From positions 9,796,001 to 9,860,000 of the forward strand of contig OZ038379.1 in NCBI GenBank assembly GCA_964036045.1: 64,000 nucleotides of DNA. Direction: 5' to 3'. Below the pieces are notes generated by a model. That model searched no databases. It was given only the letters and a program-made list of their open reading frames with translations, and was not told the origin of the DNA. Below, in pieces: positions 1 to 12,310 of this stretch (positions within the stretch are counted from its first letter, which is position 1; each line of letters opens with the position of its first letter). The stretch comes from Eutreptiella sp. 'Long Island Sound 2002'. Its lineage: Eukaryota; Protista; Euglenida. The position numbers and the translations under genes were made by a program.

Positions 1-396
1 ATTGGGACCCCCCCCTTGGGCACTGTACATATTGTACATTGGGACCCCCCCCCCTTGGGCACTGTACATATCGTACATTGGGACCCCTCCCCTTGGGCAC
101 TGTACATATTGTACATTGGGACCCCCCCCCCTTGGGCATTGTACATATTGTACATTGGGACCCCCCCCCCTTGGGCATTGTACATATTGTACATGCCCCC
201 CCCCTTTGGGCACTGTACATATCGTACATTGGGACCCCCCCCTTGGGCACTGTACATATCGTACATTGGGACTCCTCCCCTTGGGCACTGTACATATCTT
301 ACATTGGGACCCCCCCCCCCTTGGGCACTGTACATATCGTACAGTGCCCAAGGGGGGTGTCCCATTGTACAATATTTGTAGTGCCCAAGGGGGCAT
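1..396. repeat. Minisatellite, ~39-40 bp unit (TTGGGACCCCCCCCTTGGGCACTGTACATATCGTACA), about 8-9 copies, followed by an inverted copy at ~340-396
   Basis: Direct reading; the poly-C tract length varies between units; the reverse complement GTACAGTGCCCAAGGGGGG starts near 339. ORFs 2..505, 16..381 and 39..419 are translations of this repeat. Confidence 0.9.
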
Positions 397-2743
397 TTTC
401 CGATATATATTCCCAATGAACCTTTGGGTTTTGCTAAGCCCCCCCCCCCCCCCAGCCCCCGCCCATCCACCCACCCACCCTTTCCAGCTGGATGCTTCTT
501 TTTAAAATCGGGGTTGAAACTTGGTTCGCCCGTTGCATCCACTATGCGTCGATCCAGACCCAGGTCCCATTCAACTTTTTCTTCTTTCTGGCCCCTACCC
601 GATGGCGAGATCCAGGGTTCTATCTTCCAATACTCAAGGACAGCCCCTCTTTGGGCCCCACCAATGAGGACTTACTTACTGGCTTTCAAGCTGGCATGGG
701 TTGGCTGAAAAAAATTTTCTAGTGACCCTGGCGACCCCTGGCGACCCTGGGGACCCTTGGGCCAGGCTTGGGTCATCATTTGGTGACAATGGGAGTGCAT
801 ATAACCCATATACCCCAAAAGGATATAGCCCATGCATGTAACCCATAGTTAGGCCCACCTATTGGTGCCCATCGGCCCTTGAAAGGACCGATTTGGGTTG
901 GAGGCTCCCCAAGGGAATGGTACACAGCTTGCTCCTGCAGTTTTCCGTCCCAAACAGCTCAAAAATACAACATCCCCACACCGATTATTCCACTTAATGA
1001 TCAAATATTAGAATTATTGCAGCATGTTCGAGGTCTCCTTTGTGTGTTTCTTACCTCACTTGGCCATTGGGTGGTTGGGTTGGTGGGTGGCGGCTTCCCA
1101 AGGGACTGGTACAATCCTGCCAAATCAATTTTTGACCCTGCCCAGCTCAAAAATCAAAAATCACTGTGCAGAAGTTGTTACATTAAAGCCAGACAGGCCT
1201 GCATACATGGGAACACACCACATACCTCTCTTTTTAGGCCTATTTTGTGTGCCAGCCGCGAGGGGTTAAATTAGTGGTTGAGCCCCTTGTAAAATCCTTA
1301 TTTTGTCCAATAACAGTATCCCCCACAATGTTCCATGTCCCTATGTGCTCCCCACCCCTCTTCAAGATGCATTGCCAAAGACAATATCATTGGGTTGCAA
1401 CCCCAACAATTTGTCGGGCAGTGCTGTGTTTGCACACACAACGGCATGCAATCCCCCACCGCTTGTATGCCATATTTATTTGTGATTTTTGCACTCGTAT
1501 ATTTCATATGTAATGTTTCAGTTGCCAGCTTTAAACCGCAACACCTGCTGTGCCATTCTTCTGTGTGTAATTCTGCATGCACTGTGCACAAAAGATGGCC
1601 ATCTTTGTCCATTGCTCACAGAAACCGACGGCAAGACCAGAAGCCATGTCCTGCCCCCAAGAGACCATGCAGATGCCCCCGCGCATCCCAATCCCCAAGC
1701 GTGTGGTGGCCTTTCCCAGGTCTGCCTGCAGTTCGGTAAGGCAGGGGGTGGGGATGCGGGGTAACCTAATTAAAATGAGCCAAGCAAAGGTGCAGGTGGA
1801 ACCTTTTATTTCCCCACCCTCTTTTCCTAAGGCTATGGCTGACCCAACCAAAAGCCTTGCGGGCAGCTGCGCATGCCCACAGAGAGCACAGGAATGGCAA
1901 GGGGTCCCTTTTGTGGCATGGGTCCAGTCAGGTGGGAACTCTTGGTCCCACTGAGCTCACCACCAGAGTCTCTAGCCCCTTTCAGGTCAAGGGTATGACC
2001 ATTGCTCACGTAATAGGGAGGATAGGTGCAAGGATCATGCAAGGGAAAACCAGCTTGCCACACAGCTAGGAAGAAGACAACCCTCGATACTTCTCCCCCT
2101 CCCCCACTCACCCACCCCAGACCCCCTACTCCAAGGTGTCTGTTGGGAGTGAGATTTGCCAAAGGCTGAGTAAGTGTCGCCGGTTGGTACCCTTCCACCC
2201 CCTTGCAATCACCCAGTGCCCGTCATGCAAACTGAACATTTGCAGCAGTTCAAAGTGTGCTATTCTCGTACCTAGAATTTCTTTACCGTTCCTGTGGATC
2301 CGCAATAGCATGGGTTTTGCATGAATGACATTGGCACCGCAACAATGCAAAAGTTGCTTCACCTGTGTTTTGTTTGCTTGCATCACTCGAGGGTACTGCA
2401 GTTTGCCTTGAGATACCCTTGCCCCCCCCCCCCCCCTCCGGGAGACTGTCATTTGGCGACCCCCCCCCCCCATGGGAGGCCATCGCGTGCTACAGGGGGG
2501 AGATTTTAAGGGGGGGCAAGGTGATCGCAGGCGCACACACCAGTTTGGGTCTTTAGGAATGGATTGTCTGCATTGCTTGTCCCAAGCCACTGGGGGACAC
2601 CATTTTTCGTAGGTGAGAGTGGGACAGTTGTCCCTCTGCTCACAAGTGCTGTGCCTACCCATTGCTGTCCCTCTGGGGTGAGGGGGGGCTGGCACATGTG
2701 CTGTGTTGATTTCTTGTGGAGTCCTATCCTGCCCTCTTCATGC

Positions 2744-3429
2744 AGTCAAATGAAGGCCAAGACCACCGTGTGCAAGGCTGAGGACACGGCTGAAAGTACC
2801 AGTGGTGATGCTCCCTGTCTCTCCTCCCTACATCCTTCTCGTCCCTACGTCCCTACGTCTCCTCACGACGCGGCCAGTGGCACCGTCCCCAAGAAGCGCC
2901 CAATGCCTAATCAAAGCCACCCTCTTGCAAAGCGACTTTGTACAGCAATGGCCACACTGCCCTCGAAGGGTGCCCCTGAGTCTGAGTCTGGTGGTGGAGC
3001 CTCGGCAGCACTCGCCCTTCAGCCCGCTGCCAAGCAAGTGTCCCAGGCCGAACCCACGGCTCTGGAGCACAGCCACACAGAAGGCCGGCCGGATGGCCCA
3101 CCCCCTCCTCGAAGTGTCCCATCTTCAAAGCCAAGCCCCGGTGAGACCGTCACTGCAACGCCATCAGGCGGTGTTCTTGAGGATGCTGGCGATGCTGCCA
3201 AGGGGAAGCGCTTGGACCCAATCTGCCACTCGAGTGGACCTCCAGTGGGGGGCGTGGCGACCTCTCCAACCTCGGCTGATGGTGCAGACAAATGCAATGG
3301 CATCACGGCAGCGCCGATGGACCATCACACACGTCGCAAGCGACTTCCGACGGCCGCCCGAGCCCCGCCGCCAAAACAGAAGCGAGGCTGCAAGCAACCG
3401 CGTCCGGTGGTCACTGGAGGGCGGAAGGC
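2744..3429 (+). CDS. Possible low-complexity Pro/Ser/Ala-rich exon of an unidentified gene
   Basis: Long open frame (ORF 2564..3475) with a pyrimidine-tract CAG acceptor near 2743 and a GTAGGT donor near 3430; no recognisable domain. Confidence 0.3.
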
Positions 3430-4351
3430 AGTAGGTTTGACAGTGTGCCCCTACCTTTCTTTACTGTGCCTCTGAGGTGAAACGAGGGGAACTGGGCGTA
3501 CAGGTACGACACACAATCAGTCAAGTCAGCCGGCAGACAAACATTGTGGACGAAAGGCATTGCAGGCCAGATATCGCATGAAGTCCATCCCCCCAAAGGC
3601 CTTGGAGGTGTGGGGTCGGGGAGGGGGGTGCCCACACTGACTGTGGCCCGCAGACATAATCTGCTACTGCTGCCATGTGTGAACCAATCGCTTATGCTAT
3701 TGGTTGCGCCATTGCTTGTGCTATTACTAAGGCACTTCAGTCACAGGTTGGACTTGATTGAATGAATGGGTTTACTTGTGCACAGCACTAAAACCACCCG
3801 TTCCTCAAGCGGTTGTGGAACGATGTTTTTTTTTAAAACAAAGTCCTCATCATTACTTGCTGCCCCCCAACTCACTCCATCCTCCTTGAAACCTGGTTGG
3901 CTGCCGCCCCCCCTCTGCCCATGTCCCTGCCCCAGATCCAATCCCTCGCAACCGCACGTGGAGACCACTTCTCCCGCCATGTCCCCCGATAGCGACTGCG
4001 GAACGCGCTCAGACCACCGCCACGTCATCAACGTCTGCGCCGACCCCCGGGCTCTCAGCCCCCGCTGTGCGGCCACCAGCCCCCGTCCCGCAAGCTCCCA
4101 TCACTACCCCTCCAGCTCCTACACCCGCCGTTGCCAAGCAACCTCCTCCTCCTCTCGGACCACCAATGCCTGTTGTGCCACCCGCTGTGGGCGTGCCGTC
4201 CGCCAACCCGTCCGCCTCCGTCCCACAAGGCCCTCCCGCTCCTGCCAGTCAGTTCCTCTCTATTCTGATCTTCGTCTTTTTGGTGTTGTTTTGACATGTC
4301 AAGTCCTGAAGGATACTCAAAATACCAAGGCATCACAGGTTAGGGTTTGCA

Positions 4352-4822
4352 GTGGGCCATTGGGGAAGGTATTGGGGACCACATCAGGTGGATAATCTGC
4401 ATGCAAAGACTATCAAAGGGCAAGGCAAGACTCAGGCGGCAGTTAATTGTTTCAACCCAGAACTGCTGCAGACCAAAGAAATGATGTCTTATTCTGAGTT
4501 GTGTAAGCACATACCCAATGTGCCACAATCTGAGTGGGTCCGGTATATTGCTCTGCCAGCCCCGAGCCCTCTGCCGGATTCTACTGCAGCCAGAGTGGCA
4601 TGGTGGCATGCCAAAAAAGACGATTTTCCTGTGTTGAGTAGCATTGCTGTTTTCTTTGTCCGACGACCACGCTCTGCTTGCCATGTCGAGCGAACGTTCA
4701 GTTTGATGGGCCACATCCAGACAAAGGACCGTTTGCATATGGGCAACGACACTTTGCGCCATTTGGCTATGATGTATGTCAACAAACCCACTACAGACGA
4801 TCCGGATGGTGAAAGTGATTAA
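4352..4822 (+). pseudogene. hAT transposase C-terminal dimerization domain (fragment)
   Basis: VAWWHAKKDDFPVLSSIAVFFVRRPRSACHVERTFSLMGHIQTKDRLHMGNDTLRHL matches the hAT dimerization pattern WW...FPxLxxIA...PxSxxxVERxFS...RxxL; the upstream catalytic core is not seen. Confidence 0.85.
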
Positions 4823-4910
4823 TTTGGCCCAACAGTGTTGTGCATGTTGTCTCTTGCATGTGAGTTCAACTTGACACAGAAGCGTAGGTACCCACAAGTG
4901 CAGGCTGAAG

Positions 4911-4980
4911 CATGCCGCAGCATGCCGCAGCATGCCGCAGCATGCCGCAGCACAAGAAATTTTTCCGAGGGACCGCACTA
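4911..4980 (+). mobile_element. Probable right end of the hAT element: (CATGCCGCAG)x4 subterminal repeats and terminus ...GGGACCGCACTA
   Basis: Four exact 10-mers at 4911-4950. The terminus reads TAGTGCGGTCCC on the minus strand, in line with YAG-starting hAT TIRs; no matching left TIR found upstream. Confidence 0.55.
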
Positions 4981-5455
4981 GCTTGCCTAGGGCCCATTTT
5001 TGGCATGCGCGACACTAGGCAGATAATTTGTTTGATGGGGCACGAAATGGCTTGTATGGTGCCTACAAGGGAGGGCTGCCTGTCTTACCTCCCCAACACA
5101 CACCGATGGTCTGTGGTCAACACTTGCTACGCACACTCACGTGTCGCCAAAAAATGCGCAAAAACTAATGGGGAACCACACCTGCCCGAAGAAACAACCG
5201 ATATTATTATTCCCCTGCTCACCCCTCCAGCCCCCCATATCCCCAAACCTCCTCACGCCACAGGTGTTGGGGTCGTGAACATCCCCTCCCCCCCCTGCCC
5301 CCCATGCCTGTGACACCCTTCATGGAGTTGTGGATTTGGGTTTGGGGCCTCCCTGAACCAGAAGACGGCAGTCTGGTCATGTGTCACAATTGTGTGCGAA
5401 GCAAACGTTGGAGAGGAGTGGATCACAACTGCCTTTCTGCCCGCTGTTCTGCAGG

Positions 5456-5722
5456 TGCATGGCACCGCCCCGTCGCCGAACCTGCTGCCCTTCAACCTGC
5501 GCGATCCGGATGGCCGCGGTCGTCGTTGACTGCGACAACGACAGCGGCCGCAGCAGCTGCGCCACGTCCAGTACCGCCAAGAGCGGCACGTCGGGCAGCA
5601 ACGCGGAGGCACGGGCCGGCGAGGGGGGGCGCTCCGGGCCCGGTTGCCCTTCAACCTGCGCGACCCGGAACGCCGCGGTTGTCGTTGGCTGCGACAGCGA
5701 CAGCGACCGCAGCAGCTTGTAG
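5456..5722 (+). CDS. Probable Ser/Gly/Asp-rich exon containing an internal ~80-bp duplication
   Basis: CTGCAG acceptor at 5455; the frame of ORF 5381..5722 is rich in C/G-ending codons; CPSTCAxRxAAVVVxCDxDSxRSS occurs twice. Confidence 0.3.
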   Translation, partial: CMAPPRRRTCCPSTCAIRMAAVVVDCDNDSGRSSCATSSTAKSGTSGSNAEARAGEGGRSGPGCPSTCATRNAAVVVGCDSDSDRSSL

Positions 5723-7289
5723 TTGGTTCCACCACCAGCGTTTGGGGTGGGGACAGGCAGCTGGAACGGCCCGTGGTTGCAGCTGTGAATCATGATTGCG
5801 TCAATCCGTGCAATTTTGCCCCTTGGAATGTCTTTTTGGTGCGGCATTGTCCACCAGGATCACCTCATGGGGTAATTGCAGCCCGGAAGGAAGCACAACA
5901 GACGCAAACATTTTGCAGGAAGCATCACAGTTCCAGATTTTGTGTTTTTGGGGGACACCCCCCCCTGTATCCTTTTGTTTACATATGATGTGGCTGCTTT
6001 CATGGCTGCCTCACACAGCCAGCACTGCAATGCGAACGGCATTTACTAGGGTGCTGCTTTGGAATAGCTCTGTTTACAGCTGGAGGTGCAGCTTTGGTAT
6101 GAATGCGTAGCTTACCACCGGCTATTGAACAGCAGCCGCTTGGCTGTGTCGTCAGGATGGACACCATCATAAGGGACATAGGGAACATGGACCTGGCTTT
6201 TTAGGAATACATACGGGGCTGGTTACGGGGGTACAGAGGGCTGGCGTGTCTTCCAAATGACAGCAGGCTCTTGCTTCTCCCTCTTCTCTTACTCCATTTG
6301 CGATGCCCTGCTGCCAACAAAGCAGGGCTGGCCACAGAGTGCCAGCAGTGATGCGAAGCCTTGTGTGCCATACAACTAGAGCACAGTAGTCAAAGTAGTG
6401 CAAGCAGCTTTTTGACCAAAAAAGTAAGCGGGAGAATTATCCCAACAATTTGGAGCATATACACAGGTCTGGCTCAGTTCTACCTGTCTGAGCCCATGTA
6501 GATGTCTGGGAGCAAAGACTCTGACAGGACTGAGCACCTACGGGTTGCCTGCTGTCGTCCCGCTGAATTTGTTGAAAGTATTTTGCGGTCAATCCTGGTC
6601 ACCTACATACACTACACATTTGGCGGGAATGTCCCTTGGGTCTTGGCACTTTGAGGCATTTCTGCTGGAGGTCGTGCACAGAGAATCAGGAGAACTGTCT
6701 GGATCAGGCCTGTTCATTTGCTTTCAACGCTGGCATGTGCGGTTTCTCGTTGGTTTTATTCTTATTTATCTTGCCCCCCAGCCCTTCTTGCGCCTAGTCA
6801 TCGGTTAAGATGTGTTTTTCGCGGCAGGAATATAAATGGGAAGTTGGATTCCCTGTGTGTGTGACTGAGGACATCTGATCTGCAGCTCAGAGGTAAAATG
6901 CTTCCGTCCTTCAATGGTTGTTGTGAGTGCGAACCTTTGGTGCATACAGATGGGGTCATCTCGGGTCATCTCAGCGGTAGGCAACAATGAGGGGTGGCCG
7001 GAATCAAGGTGGGTAAGTTTATAGTTCCCACTGTATCCTGTTGTCCTACCCTTGTCCAAGCACCCACTGGGTGAATATGTTCAAATTTGGACCGAATGCT
7101 TGTGCGGTTCGTTGTGACAAAGGAATTCGCCGGGGTGCTCCACCTTTTGGTTCGGGGAGGACCATAAAGCGGATGCTATGGTGAGTCTCGAATATATCTT
7201 TGGTGTGAGGCTACGGGCTGTGGGAGGACAGCTGTGTCGTTGCAGGAAAGTTACCACGCTTGTTTTAGCCGACGGCACAATAGCGACAA

Positions 7290-7545
7290 GCTCCCTGCTG
7301 CTGCGCATGTGCCGAGCGCCACGCTGCTGCCCATGTGCATGATTCTGTGCAGCTGCCCATGTGTGCGGCCCCCTGGTGCTGCCCATAGGCACTGCTCCCT
7401 GTTACCCCCCCCATGCACATTGCTCTGCTGCTGCCCGTTTGCAAAGCTCTTTGCTGCTGCCCTGTTGCACAGCTCCTTGTTGCTGCCTGCATGAACGCGT
7501 TGCCATGCTGCCCATGTGCACAGCTGCCCATGTGCACAACTCCCG
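7290..7545. repeat. Degenerate tandem repeat built on GCTGCCCATGTGC / CTGCTGC motifs
   Basis: Multiple imperfect copies visible by eye. Confidence 0.6.
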
Positions 7546-7848
7546 CTCTGATGTGCGGACCCCTGTGTTGCCGGCCGAGTTCACTGCTCCCTCCTGCAAC
7601 ACTATACATGTGCTTTTGAGCATAGTTTTGGTGGCATCCCAAAGTCAGTAACAAGGCCCCAGAAGTAGTGTGCGGCGTCTGGGGAAGTGGCGAGCAGGTC
7701 ATGGTATTCAACCCCCCAAATTTTCTTTTTACTCCTGCGTAATGAGTACAATAGGGGCACTCTGTATGCATGATGTGCTTAATCTCTGCCATCATTGTCT
7801 CCCACCCAGGGCACGGCTTAGTGTCAAATTTTACCTGTAATGGTGTGG

Positions 7849-7975
7849 GCGGGCCAGAGGCCAAAAATGTTTTTGTGTACCTAAAATCGGCCTCCAATTT
7901 CGGGCCCCTTTGATAGATTTCTTTTTTTTTCCTTTCCGGAGGAAACATTTTTGATGTGGGTGGGGGGTAGGTCAG
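7849..7975 (+). repeat. Dispersed short repeat family (core TTTGTGTACC/GxAAAATxGxCC); related copies at ~9135-9210 (+), ~43590-43725 (-), ~51905-52030 (+)
   Basis: 7849-7975 and 51905-52030 share CAGAGGCCA...TTTGTGTACxTAAAATCGGCCTC...TTTCGxGCCCCTT; 9135-9210 and the reverse complement of 43590-43725 share GGTCTGGxACCCxAAxTTTGTGTACCAAxAATGGCCC. Confidence 0.7.
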
Positions 7976-10315
7976 GCAGAGGAGCCCCAGACCGCCATTC
8001 CGCCCCTCCCCCACCCCCCAGTAACAGTGATGCCACCTGTCACATTCTTCTTCTGCACACTGTTGCGTTTGATGTTTTTTCCTTCCTGCACAACATCACC
8101 AAGGCACCCTGTCCTGTAGCATGTGTGGGTCTTGATCCTGGGTGCCCTGCCGCATGGTTGTTTGTTGTTGTTGTTCTGGTTAGTGGTTTTGCAGCTTACA
8201 AGTGAGGAGCCGTCACTCTATCCAGGAGGTTGGGCGCGCGCTTGGCCGATTGCCTGGCAGCTCTGGCTGGGACCCCAAAGAGGGGCCGACATTTGCGAAG
8301 GTAAGGGCAAGTGGGATATGGCAGGGAGCACATGACCAGCCAATTTTAAACAAACCACATGTCTGGTTTCAGATTTGCATTATGTGGCTTGACTGTCATT
8401 GTGTGTGCTGGCAATTACAAGGGGGAAATAATACGCCCGGCGTCTCGGATGTGAACACTGGAAAAAAAAAATAACCACTGTCAATTGCCCACCCGAGTGT
8501 TTCACGCTTACAGAATGTCAGGAACATCCTATCTGATTCAAGTGAGACAGAAATAATTGTGGCTCAGAGTTTCTCTCATTGTCACCGTGGTATGGAATGT
8601 GGTCAGATCTGTCAATGTCTGTCTTTCAGCAAAGCACAACGTCATGGGGTTGTCTTTTTCATACGGCATGGGTTTTGGAAAAAGCTTCGAGCCTCTTTCC
8701 GCGAGTCAAGAATGGCATCCATTTTTAACAACACCCTGAGGGTCGACATAATTTAGATTGCCAATGTGCAACAGCAAGCAGACATGCGGCTGCATTGCGG
8801 GGACAGAATAGGAGCAGTCAACTGCAGCTGCAGCCACACCATTTTGTTCCAGGTGTCATGAACGGGATGCTGTGACTGGGTGGTGGATGTCTGTGGCTTG
8901 GATGACCTGTGCGTTATCTCCCAAGACGACACATCTTATGCCCTAGCTGCAGACCCTGACATCCAGCAGAGAAATATCCTTTTGGAGCTGCAACATGTGA
9001 AAGTAATTCAGGATCCTCAAGTGCAGCAACTTTTCACCCAATGACAATGGGCTGCCACCCACTCTGGTTGCGAGCACAAAGGTTGTACACAGTGGCCCAA
9101 GTCGGGCAGGCCAGCCAAAACTAGAAGAGAGGAGGGGGAGGGTGGTCTGGGACCCCAAATTTGTGTACCAAGAATGGCCCGACCAGATTTTCACCATTGT
9201 GAATCTCTATGGTCACTTTGGTTGGGGCTTTGGGCTTTGGGCTATCCTTCCCACCCCGATGAGGGCCTTATGGGCCCCCGGGTTGCCTCTACAGGGAAGC
9301 CAGGCGCAGGCGCACCACACACACCCCGCAGCCAGGCAGCTGGAGGGCGGGGCACACGCCTCCTAGTGCGGACATGCTTGTGTTGTGCTGGGGTGTGGGT
9401 GTGTCCAATGGGGTGCTTGCTGTCGAGGCGTAGGCGGCGCACTGGCTGGCGCAGTGACCAGCTCGCAAGTGTGGCAAAACAGGAGACTTTGCAAAATCAC
9501 AACCAAGGTGCGATAAAATTCATAAGTTTCGCATGTCTTTCAGCTCCAGCTTCCCGTTGACTATCTGTTTGGTAAAAACTTAGAACTTTTGTTGAATAGA
9601 TTAGAAGAACAACTTGCTGCCACATTTCCCACCCCCTACACAAACCAGCTGCCAATAGTTAAGCAGCAAGTGAACTAGCTGGGGTGGAAATAAAATTGAA
9701 AAGAGAGAGGTGTATCTTATATACTTGTTAACTCATTACACTGCATCTGTGTCGCATCAACACATATAGATATTTGTGGCATACACAGCATTAAAACAAA
9801 GTGTTGGTAGTCAAAAAAAGTACACCCATGAACCCACAGACAACTAAAAGCAGTTCCATTCATCAAGTGGGTAAGACAAGTGACATTGCAAAAAGAGACT
9901 AGCATCTGATGACACTGTGGCCCCAAAGCGCAACCGCATGTACTTGTCACTCCTGCGTTGGCAGCAGCCCTGTACCGGAACAAAACACACTTTTTATATC
10001 AATCAGTACACTATATATATAAACACAAGTCATCGCATCTTTTAGTTCCGCTATATGGCTAGCTATACATGCGGGCATTGTCCCTCCCATTGTATGTAGA
10101 CTTGCCGCTCACTCTGCACGGAGAATGCCGCTTTTTTCTTGCTATTTACTATGCTTCATCCTACCGTGCCACTGCTGAGCCTCAAAGGATTGAAAATTCA
10201 GCACTCCGTCTCTCCACATATCCTGCGGTGGCAGTGCAGTGTGCTGTGCATTGTTGTAGTGTACATATACATCAAATCTGTATTTTTGGTAGAGCAGTTG
10301 TTCGTTGTGTGGTAG

Positions 10316-10474
10316 TGCCAAATACCGTTTCGCCTCAGTGGTGCAGATAAACTCCCGTCACGGACTTTGCGTGAGTGCTCGGGGGAAACCTATGAAAAAG
10401 TCGCGCTGGCCCCTGATTTGCTTGCTGTTGTCCGGAAGACATTATCGTCCCGGAGCCTCTCTGAGTTGCAATAT
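10316..10474 (+). pseudogene. N-terminal part of the tyrosine recombinase ORF, separated from the rest by the TIR transposon
   Basis: Open frame ...LLAVVRKTLSSRSLSELQY joins in frame to KIDSHIKKLGSPKRYQLAF (16606 onward) when 10475-16605 is removed. Confidence 0.75.
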
Positions 10475-10505
10475 GGTGAGCATAACCTGGCATACCAGGA
10501 ATACC
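10475..10505 (+). repeat. Left TIR GGTGAGCATAACCTGGCATACCAGGAATACC
   Basis: Reverse complement of 16573-16603 with one mismatch; weaker similarity continues inward (TGGCATGTAC near 10552 vs GTACATGTGCCA near 16537). Confidence 0.92.
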
Positions 10506-10679
10506 TGGGAATATACGGGTAAAAAAGGGGGTTTTGGGAGAAAGGGGTATGTGGCATGTACAGTTGGGTACGAATGTATAATGCACAATGCATGCATAGG
10601 TGGGTTGGGGAATACCTCTAGTTTGCCAATTGTGATGGTCAATGTTGTGTTTGAAACTACCCCATTTTGGGCTCTTGGG

Positions 10680-10773
10680 GTATACGGCCGTATACTCAAG
10701 GCTCCAATACCTCAGTATACGGCCGTATACTCTGGAGTATACGGCCGTATACTTGGAGTATACGGCCGTATAC
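10680..10773. repeat. Palindrome array 1: 4 x GTATACGGCCGTATAC
   Basis: Copies at 10680, 10715, 10737, 10758; spacers 19, 6, 5 nt. Confidence 0.97.
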
Positions 10774-11002
10774 TGGGGGTATTTGTTTGCACCATGTGGT
10801 TGTTTCAAGTTGAAAAATTCCATTGTTGTGCCTTTTGTGCCCATCTTGTTGCATGCTTTGCCTTTGCCCAACAATTGCACACCACTTGAAACCAATCTAG
10901 GCTCATACTTCACTCAAGATTGCAATGTATGTCTCCATATGTGTCCATTCCAATCCATATTATGTTGCTTCTTGCTCTCCCAGGCCCTCTTTTTCTGCCA
11001 CC

Positions 11003-12079
11003 ATGACTTATGCGGGCACTCATGCCTTGTTGAAGAAGTGGGCCGATGCCGTAGCTCTCCGCACAGTGCACAGAGGTGTTTACAGCCCCGACGGCACACG
11101 CACCGTGTCTTGGCCTTCTCTTGAGATTTGTGCTTGGTCCACCTTGGACATCCCTGTGGCCCTGGTGAAGCTAACGCACCCCGGCGTTGCCCAACCCCAC
11201 AGCCTCACTGACCCTTTGTTGTCGTTGTTTGACAACAACCCTAATATGCAAGCTATTGTGTTGCAGCTCCATGATTCGGATGCCCGCGCTGTCGTGGAGC
11301 ATGTTAAAAAAAGCTGTGGGGGGCCCAATAGGGGGATGAGTTTGTATTTGAGGGAATGGGAGATGCAGGATGGCTCTCCGGGGATTCATATCTCGGGGGA
11401 CGTGGCCGCTGGCTGGCGCAAATGGGAGTGCAAGGCCCAGCAAGTGCAGCGGGGGCATTGGGAGGACACCGCCCCCCTCTACTCCCTCCACTCCCAATCG
11501 CCATGGTCCTGGCATGCCGATTTGGAGGGCCACACCCTCCCCACCTGGTACAAGGGTACTGGGATGCACCCCTCCCTTTTCTTCCCCCTCACCACCACCC
11601 CCCTTTTTGGTGTTGAACACCATCGTGTCTCCATCCCCGTTGACGGCGTCGATCATCGTCATGTCGACGACCTCAAGGATTTCAAGCAATGGGGCCATGC
11701 TTTCCAATCTGGCTTCATTTCTGTCAGTTGGATGGACAAGCTTCAGGATGAGTATGGGGAACTTAGGGCAGATGCGGGGCTCAATATTTTTAATGAGGAT
11801 TGGCCCGCCGAGACTCGTGCAGGGGACAGTGACACCCGCCGCACAATGACTTTACCGGAGGGGGGTGCAATGTACAGTTTCGCAAGGGAGGTCCTCATAC
11901 CCCACTTGGAGACTCATTTGGGTTGGAAGTGTCCGGTCGTGAATGTTACCACCTTTATTGTGGTGAAGGCCGGTACAGTGGATGTGGAAAAAAAACAGTG
12001 TTGGCACCGTGACATTAACCTCAGCTATGTTGCCGGCCCGGACCAACACCATGTTATTTGCTTGTTTCCGATACCTTGT
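11003..12079 (+). CDS. Cargo gene exon 1: unknown N-terminal domain plus first half of a PhyH-like 2OG-Fe(II) dioxygenase domain
   Basis: GCCACCATG at 11003, preceded by a pyrimidine tract and CAG near 10983; IFN...DTRR and KQCWHRD (HxD at 12005-12013) motifs; the frame runs into the palindrome array at a phase-0 GT (12080). Confidence 0.7.
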
Positions 12080-12310
12080 GTATACGGCCGTATACCCACG
12101 GTATACGGCCGTATACCCCCAGTATACGGCCGTATACCGCGAGTATACGGCCGTATACCTGCCCACCCATTTTGAGTATACGGCCGTATACTCCGAGGTA
12201 TACGGCCGTATACTCGGAGGTATACGGCCGTATACTCATAGTATTTGTTGCCAATTTCAATTTATTTTGCCTAGTTCTTTGTTAGAATTACACCCTTTCT
12301 TCCCATTCAG
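12080..12310 (+). other. Predicted 231-nt GT-AG intron containing palindrome array 2 (7 x GTATACGGCCGTATAC, 12080-12235)
   Basis: Copies at 12080, 12101, 12122, 12143, 12176, 12198, 12220; 3' tract CCCTTTCTTCCCATTCAG; removal joins ICLFPIPC to VQYDPWPLRS in frame. Confidence 0.7.

Noticed and set aside
2-505. ORFs at the window start
   Set aside because: Translations of the 39-40 bp minisatellite.
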